DNA of 64,000 nt, taken from the IMG/VR virus record IMGVR_UViG_3300043466_001759, positions 1 to 64,000 of that record; one strand, 5' to 3'. The notes under the pieces were generated by a model. That model was not told the origin of the DNA. It ran no database searches and saw nothing but the letters and a program-made list of their open reading frames with translations. Shown here one piece after another: positions 9,198 through 15,913 of the stretch (its first letter is position 1; the number at the start of each line of letters is the position of its first letter). Source of the DNA: a virus. The position numbers and the translations under genes were made by a program.

Positions 9198-9206
9198 AGA
9201 ACTAAT

Positions 9207-9379
9207 GGCTTGTCACGGCAATGCCAGTCTAGGCGGGATAAGTCCTGGCGTGACGTGGCAAGGCAAGGCAAGGCAAGGTTTCATGCATCGGCTGAAAAGT
9301 CGGTGCGTGGATTTACTGCGGCCCGGCGAGACGGAGCAAGTCGCGATCGGGCATGGCGTAGCATGACGAGGCAAGGTTT
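9207..9379 (+). ncRNA. Pentamer-periodic guide-like array block A (units 1-2)
   Basis: In-phase 5-mers ggctt gtcac ggcaa tgcca gtcta ggcgg gataa gtcct ggcgt gacgt ggcaa x4 ggttt; hairpin 9282-9309; second unit 9310-9379 ending ggcaa ggttt. Confidence 0.85.
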
Positions 9380-9446
9380 CAACTGCTATCAGCGAGGCAG
9401 TTTTTAAGTTCGCTGAAACATGGTTTTGTGCGTTAAGGATTTCAGT

Positions 9447-10004
9447 ATGAAGAAGGCAATTTGCAAATTACAGTCAGTCAGTCCGTATTCTCAATCGAGG
9501 TACATCCAAGAGAAAAGAACGCGAGACGAAACGCCAGCAGCGTTCGAAGAGCGATCCTGGAAGCAACGGTGCCATTGGAACGAAAATGGCAATCTTTACA
9601 TTCCTCCAATGTCGTTCAAAAACTGCTTGAGTGAAGCAGCAAAATACAAATCCATTCAGATCCCAGGAAAGGGAAAGTCGACATACACCAAACACTTCGA
9701 GGCTGGGATTCTTGTTGTCGAGCCTCTAGTTCTCGACATTACGAAAGACAGTATCCAACACGAATGGCTGCACGTCCCCTCTGACGGCAAGCGTGGAGGA
9801 ACAAAGCGTGTTGAAAAGTGTTTTCCGTTGATTCAGTCTTGGTCTGGCACTGTCGAGTTCTTGGTGTTGGATGAGACTATCACTGAGGATGTTTTCACAG
9901 CACACCTCCAAGACGCAGGGAGCTTTATTGGTATCGGTCGCTTCCGTCCGCGTAACAACGGCTTTTACGGTCGTTTTGAGGTAAAGTCGGTGAGTTGGAA
10001 ATAA
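9447..10004 (+). CDS. Stand-alone Cas7/RAMP-like RNA-binding protein (VIPR-like effector candidate)
   Basis: LYIPPMSFKNCLSEAA resembles the RAMP IPGSSxKG motif; C-terminal Gly-rich loop GIGRFRPRNNGFYGRFEV; TAAGGA RBS before ATG 9447; flanked by the periodic arrays. Confidence 0.8.
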   Translation: MKKAICKLQSVSPYSQSRYIQEKRTRDETPAAFEERSWKQRCHWNENGNLYIPPMSFKNCLSEAAKYKSIQIPGKGKSTYTKHFEAGILVVEPLVLDITKDSIQHEWLHVPSDGKRGGTKRVEKCFPLIQSWSGTVEFLVLDETITEDVFTAHLQDAGSFIGIGRFRPRNNGFYGRFEVKSVSWK

Positions 10005-10007
10005 TCC

Positions 10008-10447
10008 GGCAGGGTTAGGCTTTGCGCGTCGCGGCTCGTTGCGGCGTTGTGCGGCAAGGCAAGACAAGGTTTCATGCATCAGCTGAGAAGTCGGTGCATG
10101 GATTGACCTCGGCACGTCTCGTTGGTGCAGGGCAGGGCCCGGCGTGGCGCGGCTAGGCAAGGCAAGGCAAAGTTTCACATCTGAGGCGAATAGGCTCAGG
10201 TGTGAATTGACCGTGGCACGGCGAGGCATGTTATGACTCGGCGCGGCAAGGCAAGGCGAGGTTTCCTATCTGGGGCGAATAGGCCTAGGTAGGGATTGAT
10301 TAGGGTTTGGCTGGTCGGATCACGACAGGTCGGGGCTCGGCTAGGTAAAGCAAGGCAAGGTTTCACAGCTGGAGCGAACAGGTCCAGCTGTGGATTGGAC
10401 TCGGCATAGTAGGCCGAGGCGGGGCGTGGTAAAGCAAGGCAAGGACT
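10008..10447 (+). ncRNA. Pentamer-periodic guide-like array block B (units 3-7)
   Basis: Five phased 5-mer tracts (10008-10072, 10101-10175, 10205-10264, 10294-10363, 10393-10447) separated by hairpins at 10073-10100, 10176-10204, 10265-10293 and 10364-10392. Confidence 0.88.
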
Positions 10448-10470
10448 TTTTTACAAAGGGAACAAAGGGA

Positions 10471-10947
10471 ATGTTATTTGAAAAATCATCAGACACAAAG
10501 ATCTTAGAGGACACGCTTAGGCAGGTTGCAGTAGGTGACATGGCCACTTACGAAAACCTGTCAAAAGCAATTGGAAGGGACGTTCGAACGTTTGCGATCG
10601 CTGCACTACGTACAGCCCGACACGGACTCATTAAGGAAGGGTTCGTGTTCGGCGTCGAGCAGAATGTCGGACTCGTCAGGCTTAACTCTACAGAGATCGT
10701 CAAGAGCACAGAAATGGATCGAAAGTCGGTGCATCGAAAGGTTAATCGCACACTCAGCAAACTAAGCGTTGCGAAGTACGATGAGCTCGATGACGAGAAT
10801 AAAAGAAAACACGTCACGATGTCAGCGCAGATGGGTGCTCTGGCGATGTTTTCAGCGAAGACGGCAACCACGAAGATTGAATCTAAAGTCACTGGCGACT
10901 CGAAAGTATTGCCAGTCGGCGAAACACTGAAATTGTTTGGTGGGTAA
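10471..10947 (+). CDS. Array-embedded accessory protein, putative N-terminal winged HTH
   Basis: GDMATYENLSKAIGRDV...ALRTARHGLIKEGFVFGVEQNVGLVRL resembles a wHTH; the upstream ORF extension is array sequence. Confidence 0.7.
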   Translation: MLFEKSSDTKILEDTLRQVAVGDMATYENLSKAIGRDVRTFAIAALRTARHGLIKEGFVFGVEQNVGLVRLNSTEIVKSTEMDRKSVHRKVNRTLSKLSVAKYDELDDENKRKHVTMSAQMGALAMFSAKTATTKIESKVTGDSKVLPVGETLKLFGG

Positions 10948-10956
10948 ATACAACAC

Positions 10957-11170
10957 GGCGGGGTTGAGCCGGGCGAGTTAAAGCCAGGAGCGGTGCAGTA
11001 ACGCAAGACAAGGTTGCTTGTCGTGAGCGAATAGGTCACGACAAGTATTACGCATGGCACGTCTTCACTTGAAACGGCGGGGCGATGCGAGGTGGAGCGT
11101 GTCGGAGTAAGTCTCGACAGGTCGCCACAAGGCAAGGTTGCTTACCACGAGCGAACAGGTCGTGGTAAGC
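10957..11170 (+). ncRNA. Pentamer-periodic guide-like array block C (units 8-9)
   Basis: Tracts 10957-11016 and 11046-11140, each followed by a 10-11 bp hairpin with a GCGAAYAGG loop. Confidence 0.85.
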
Positions 11171-11199
11171 ATTTATAGATCTCAATCGGAAAGAACACG

Positions 11200-11829
11200 A
11201 TGGCTAACGTTACAACAACCGACAAGATTCCAGCGTTCTACACACTGGAGAAGATTTACGAGTCGATCGATAAAGTTAACGACAGCTGCGCCGATGGACA
11301 GCGAATTGATTTCTGGATTGCTGGGGGATCCGTTAGCGATCTGGCCAGAGGGAGGCGATTTAAGGACATCGACGTGTTCAGCCCTAAGCCTGTGGAGCTA
11401 GTTGAAAAGCTCTCTAGAGCCTACGGAAAACCGTATTCAGAGATCGTTGGAATGTTTGCTAACTTCCGATTGGGAAAGCATACGGTTCAAATCATAACTG
11501 GATACACACCAGCAAGCGAAGACGAAGTAATCGAGCTATTTGACTTCACAGCTGTTTGCGGGGCGTACTCACCCGATAGATTCGTATGCCACGAGAGATT
11601 CTGGCAAGACAACTGCACGAGGCGATTAGTGATCAATAATTTACCAAAGCCTCTATCGACACTAGATCGATTGGCTAAGTACTGTCGCAAAGGCTTCAAG
11701 CACTGCCCTGTCGGGTTGTCGCGAGTCATAAAAGCCATCGCAGCTGAAAACATCGACTGGGACAACCCTAGTCAAAACATAATCAACTTTTACCCAAATG
11801 GCCACATACGGTTTTTTGGGATCGATTAA
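11200..11829 (+). CDS. Nucleotidyltransferase (Pol-beta superfamily, CCA/poly(A) polymerase head-like)
   Basis: IAGGSVSD...KDIDVF catalytic motif, FDFT, RLAKYxxKGF. Confidence 0.8.
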   Translation: MANVTTTDKIPAFYTLEKIYESIDKVNDSCADGQRIDFWIAGGSVSDLARGRRFKDIDVFSPKPVELVEKLSRAYGKPYSEIVGMFANFRLGKHTVQIITGYTPASEDEVIELFDFTAVCGAYSPDRFVCHERFWQDNCTRRLVINNLPKPLSTLDRLAKYCRKGFKHCPVGLSRVIKAIAAENIDWDNPSQNIINFYPNGHIRFFGID

Positions 11830-11861
11830 TCAACGCTTTATTTTTATTGAAAGGGAAACCA

Positions 11862-12353
11862 ATGCTTGTATTAGGAAGAAAAGTCGGAGAGTCAATCACT
11901 ATCAACGGCGATACCGTGGTAACAGTAAAGAAGCACAGCAGCAAGATCTTTTTGGCGATCGAAGCTCCCGATGACGTATCGATCAAACGAACAGAATTAC
12001 TAACCATAAAAAGAGACGATGAAACAGATATCAAAGCTATCTTACGATTGGATTGTCGCTCTCAGGAATTCCCTAGCGAAGAATGGTTGCAGTCACTCGG
12101 ATTTGTTATCAACGAATCTGAGCATGCTCTTTTTGCTACAGCATTACTGGACGACTTCTCGGGCAATTGCCATCCTGCGCGTGTCGAGCTCAGGCTTATG
12201 CTTTTTGCCGATCAGACTGACGAGTGGGTCACTGACGTTGTGTCATACGATGCAAGTGGGACTGCGTCTTCAGTTGGTCTGGTAAACTCCTGGTGCAAGA
12301 CCAAGGCTGATGTCATTCGACTTGGCAAAGCCCTCGGTCTTAAAGCTTGGTGA
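11862..12353 (+). CDS. csrA: CsrA-like carbon storage regulator domain fused to an unknown C-terminal domain
   Basis: MLVLGRKVGESITINGD...LAIEAPDDVSIKRTEL matches the CsrA consensus. Confidence 0.8.
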   Translation: MLVLGRKVGESITINGDTVVTVKKHSSKIFLAIEAPDDVSIKRTELLTIKRDDETDIKAILRLDCRSQEFPSEEWLQSLGFVINESEHALFATALLDDFSGNCHPARVELRLMLFADQTDEWVTDVVSYDASGTASSVGLVNSWCKTKADVIRLGKALGLKAW

Positions 12354-12416
12354 GTAGAGGAGCCTGCGGAACCGTCTCTTGAGTATCCTAAAAACACACT
12401 GGAGCTACAAGACTGT

Positions 12417-12659
12417 TTAGAACGCATCCGAAACAGCTAATGCTTGTTGCGCCTTAGTCGGCACCCAATCATAGGGAATCAACCCATTTGGCAATCTGAC
12501 TGCAATACCATTGATTCGCCTGCGAACGTACAGATGCTCTATGATTGATCCGTTATTCAGCTCTTTGATGCCGACATCCTCAGGCTCACCAAAAAGTATG
12601 TTTCGCCTTCCATCGATTGGGCCTCCAACAAATTCGGCAGGTGCACTATTCATCATCAA
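12417..12659 (-). CDS. Hypothetical protein (FVGGPxDG motif)
   Basis: 80-aa ORF. Confidence 0.6.
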   Translation of the reverse strand: MMMNSAPAEFVGGPIDGRRNILFGEPEDVGIKELNNGSIIEHLYVRRRINGIAVRLPNGLIPYDWVPTKAQQALAVSDAF

Positions 12660-12846
12660 ACCTTAGCGAGTAAGTCTTTAACCATTCCAGGTATCTTTCC
12701 CCGTCCACTTGGACAATGCTGATCTGCCCTATCCACCATCCACAATCCGAGGTGATATCATGTTGGCCCACCCAGTCATTGGGCACTGAATACTCTACAT
12801 CCCCAACGCAGACCGAGGCATTTTTGCTTGGTAATAATAAAAGCAT
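12646..12846 (-). CDS. Hypothetical protein
   Basis: 66-aa ORF in operon. Confidence 0.55.
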   Translation of the reverse strand: MLLLLPSKNASVCVGDVEYSVPNDWVGQHDITSDCGWWIGQISIVQVDGERYLEWLKTYSLRFDDE

Positions 12847-12860
12847 GTGCTTGCAACGTC

Positions 12861-13418
12861 CTAGTCTTTAGTTGACTTTCGTTGCTGGGCGAATCTCAAC
12901 AGATCCTCAGGCCTGACCCTCCACAGGGCTCTCTGGGCTCCGCTAGGCCTGCAATCGATCGCTGGAAGCTGTTTACTGTCAATCCATGACTGAACAGTCC
13001 TGCGATTCACTCTCATGCGTTCTGCGACCTCCTCTACTTTTAACAGCTCATCGTCCATATACTCGATAACCTCTTCTAACGTGATTCGATTGGGTGCTCT
13101 AGGATTGGTGAGCTCCAAATAAGACTCTAGGTCAAAATCATACAACCTGGACTGTGCCAAGACAGCTAGCTGCCGAGCTTCAGGCCATTTCCTGGCTGAC
13201 CCAAGTTCCTCGTGGGATCGCCTGCAAACCACCAACAAGGCAAAACGCTTGTCCAGAGCCTTTTGCCTATGAACACCTCGACATATCTCGTGAACATCCA
13301 GGTCACTCGTGCGGTAGCCACTAACTTCACATCGCCCACCAACATCCGATCGCAATGCTTCTCGGACTGGCCTAGCTTCGTTATAGCGATTCCTCGCTCG
13401 ATCACTCATACGTTTCAA
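12861..13418 (-). CDS. HNH-like domain fused to an excisionase-type HTH
   Basis: RCEV...DVHEI...VCRRSH, then LLKVEEVAERMRVNRRTVQSWIDSKQLPA...WRV. Confidence 0.7.
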   Translation of the reverse strand: MKRMSDRARNRYNEARPVREALRSDVGGRCEVSGYRTSDLDVHEICRGVHRQKALDKRFALLVVCRRSHEELGSARKWPEARQLAVLAQSRLYDFDLESYLELTNPRAPNRITLEEVIEYMDDELLKVEEVAERMRVNRRTVQSWIDSKQLPAIDCRPSGAQRALWRVRPEDLLRFAQQRKSTKD

Positions 13419-13567
13419 GATGAAATTCCTTCTGAGGGCTGTACCCTATAAGTTTTCCGCACACGCGACAAGTCGTTCTGATCCATCCATGCCGCTTGTG
13501 ATCCGGTCGATCAACCCACAAAGATCGATCGATGGAACACTGGCTTTGCTGACACACAGTCAGTTGA

Positions 13568-13825
13568 CTAGAACGGCATTCCGTCGTCTTCTCGGGGAGG
13601 GGCAGATCGACTTTTGTTCCCTCCCGACTGGGAGTTTTCCTCCTTAGGCGAGAACGCCAGACTCATGAACATCGTGCCTTTGTCCGACTTTTTAACCCAT
13701 GCCGATATCCACATCTCTTCGCCGTTTATCATCCCGCTACCGGTGTAGTCAGGATGCTTAGGCTCTTGCTTCCTTGCGTTCTTGAAGAGACTTCCGTTGT
13801 TGTCTTTTTGTTGATATCCCGACAT
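13568..13825 (-). CDS. Putative small ssDNA-binding protein (DUF736-like)
   Basis: GSLFKN...PDYTGS...ISAW...FMSL with an acidic DDGMPF tail. Confidence 0.65.
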   Translation of the reverse strand: MSGYQQKDNNGSLFKNARKQEPKHPDYTGSGMINGEEMWISAWVKKSDKGTMFMSLAFSPKEENSQSGGNKSRSAPPREDDGMPF

Positions 13826-13826
13826 C

Positions 13827-14231
13827 TTATTCCTCGTCCTCTGTAAATTTTGAATGTGTCTTGGCATTGTGACATTCAAGGCACAAGACCTTTAACTTGT
13901 CCGACTCACAAAACAAAAGTTCTGCAAAAACCTGCAGATCTTGAAAGCTCTTTAATTGACCACATGGATGAATATGATCAACCTGAACTTTTTTACCTGG
14001 GAACCAGCCAGCACAATCAGCGCATTGGTACTCCCACTTTAACCTAGGGTTGTCGCTCTGGTTCGGTCGCTTAGCTGCATCCATCGCTAGTCTTGCGATC
14101 GGCGGCCACCGTCTCGACATCTGCCTTAAACCACTACGCAAGAACTGCCAGAATCTCGCTTCCGTCCATTCATTGCCTGCTCTGGTTCTCGGAACCTTTG
14201 GGTTCTTGACTGCTTTCTTCTTTTTGGCCAA
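13827..14231 (-). CDS. HNH endonuclease
   Basis: CADC...VQVDHI...LKVLCLECHNAKT. Confidence 0.85.
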   Translation of the reverse strand: MAKKKKAVKNPKVPRTRAGNEWTEARFWQFLRSGLRQMSRRWPPIARLAMDAAKRPNQSDNPRLKWEYQCADCAGWFPGKKVQVDHIHPCGQLKSFQDLQVFAELLFCESDKLKVLCLECHNAKTHSKFTEDEE

Positions 14232-14240
14232 TATCGCCTC

Positions 14241-15107
14241 CTATAACGTACACAACAAATCTAACCACGCATTGCCTGACGTCAGCAACTCTCGTATGTC
14301 CTTGTATGGCTTAGGCGGAAAAACCCACGAGGTAGCCAGTTCAGCCGCGACTTTCTTAGCTCCAAACATACCAGGGAAGCAAAATGCACAACCACTACAA
14401 TCCTTCTGGCAACTTGAAATAGTTCCTCGCTTCGACACCACCTCGTCTCGTTCTCCTATGACAATAATCCGTTTCTTACACTGCGCCGCCTCAATCATCT
14501 TCTTGATGAACTCTCCTCCATGAGTATTCGACGATCTTCCTATCGCGCTGAGACAAGCTGACTCGCATGCTGCAACATCGCTTCCTCCTTCCACGATAAA
14601 CAATGGTCCTGGATGCGAATTCCAATTGGAAGTGTAGAACACTCCCGTCGACCCTCCTTGATTGGTTCGCTTGGATCCATCATTGTATCGCCTGACATAA
14701 CCTATGACTCTGCCTGTCTCATCCCGACTTGGCCAACTGGAAAACTCCGCATTGTTCCATTCGTCCCATCCGATCCCAACCCTAAGATCCTCCAGCGAGC
14801 TGACGCTAACTGACAGATTGTCAGCAACTTCACATCTCTTCTGGTGGGCTCTCTCATGGTTAAACATGGCCCGACACTCTCTCGTCCAATCCTCCTTTCG
14901 TTCTACTGGTTTAGGTGGCGGCAGTGGCGGCAAAGGGTTGCTCAGGACATGCAACCAAGCCGATCCGCCATTCCTGTCAGGAGATGGCTTGTCGGACTCG
15001 ACACGCATGCACCTAACAGCTGTCCCATCTGTAGTCCTGGTGCAGTAGTCAGGCTTTCCGCATACTGCACACGGCTCATGTCTTGTGACCCTAGCCCACT
15101 CAGCCAT
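14241..15107 (-). CDS. DNA primase (zinc finger + TOPRIM)
   Basis: CAVCGKPDYC zinc finger; IVEGGSD and IGERD TOPRIM motifs; KDIRE. Confidence 0.8.
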   Translation of the reverse strand: MAEWARVTRHEPCAVCGKPDYCTRTTDGTAVRCMRVESDKPSPDRNGGSAWLHVLSNPLPPLPPPKPVERKEDWTRECRAMFNHERAHQKRCEVADNLSVSVSSLEDLRVGIGWDEWNNAEFSSWPSRDETGRVIGYVRRYNDGSKRTNQGGSTGVFYTSNWNSHPGPLFIVEGGSDVAACESACLSAIGRSSNTHGGEFIKKMIEAAQCKKRIIVIGERDEVVSKRGTISSCQKDCSGCAFCFPGMFGAKKVAAELATSWVFPPKPYKDIRELLTSGNAWLDLLCTL

Positions 15108-15425
15108 TTAGTCCTCTGCTCCGCATGCGGCATCAGCCAGACACAAGGATTCGAATCGAGAATCCCACTCTCGTTCAATAGCCACCCTGGCCATCTCGTC
15201 TAGTTCCCCCCAGATCCAGTGATCGCCTCGATAACGCTCCTCGGTTGAGGTGTCCCATCGCGTGACGCTGACATCGAGCAACTCCGCTTCAGCTGGGCAA
15301 CCTGGATAACCTGAGCCATCTGAATAATATCGAACCATCGGCTCTTCCGGCGTAGCGCAGTAGTCGACAGCAACTTCTAAGCTACTCCTGCCAATATCCA
15401 CTGTAACGTAAACAGTCCCTCGCAT
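15108..15425 (-). CDS. Hypothetical protein
   Basis: GGAG RBS; DGSGYPGCPAE motif. Confidence 0.65.
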   Translation of the reverse strand: MRGTVYVTVDIGRSSLEVAVDYCATPEEPMVRYYSDGSGYPGCPAEAELLDVSVTRWDTSTEERYRGDHWIWGELDEMARVAIEREWDSRFESLCLADAACGAED

Positions 15426-15461
15426 TGCAAATCTCCTGCATAACAACGAAACGAACAGTTA

Positions 15462-15911
15462 TCACGCGCCAGATTTGGGAACCCACCCAACAGGCGCTCT
15501 ATCTGCATACCTTTTTCTTGCCAACCCTACAGCCTGAACACTGCGTCCGATCTTCTCGGAAATCTGTGTGTCAGTCAGCTCTCGATCAAATGCCATTTCG
15601 ATCTCGTAGTCCGACCACCTTCTGTGATCGTTGATCGCATACTGAGTCTTCTGGTAACGACGCTTCTTTTGCAGCTGTCGCTTCTTCAGGGTCTCTGGCT
15701 TCTTCCTGCTCTCCTTTATGCGTTTCTTTCTTAGCTCGGCTCGAACTGGATCCTTCAGCTCTAGCCCCCTTGACCTGCGATTAATCAGTCTGACCCTCTC
15801 CGGATTAGCCTTTCTCCACATTCTCTGATACTCCGCATGTTTCCTGCGTTTCTCTTCGGTGTCATAACGAGCCGGAGCCGTGGACGATGTGTTATCTGAA
15901 ATCATAGTCAC
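15462..15911 (-). CDS. Basic putative DNA-binding protein
   Basis: RRWSDYE...DTQISEKIGRSVQAV, Myb/HTH-like C-terminus. Confidence 0.6.
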   Translation of the reverse strand: MTMISDNTSSTAPARYDTEEKRRKHAEYQRMWRKANPERVRLINRRSRGLELKDPVRAELRKKRIKESRKKPETLKKRQLQKKRRYQKTQYAINDHRRWSDYEIEMAFDRELTDTQISEKIGRSVQAVGLARKRYADRAPVGWVPKSGA

Positions 15912-15913
15912 TC

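Noticed and set aside
9207-11170. Canonical CRISPR array or simple GGCAA microsatellite
   Set aside because: There are no identical 23-47 nt repeats with unique spacers and no cas1/cas2. The phase is kept across highly variable 5-mers with structured separators, which slippage of a microsatellite would not produce.
9064-11401. ORFs 9064..9366, 9210..9407, 9726..10229, 10548..11135, 11138..11401 and the 10390-10470 extension
   Set aside because: Low-complexity translations of the arrays (ARQGKARQG) or shadows of better-supported genes; no convincing RBS
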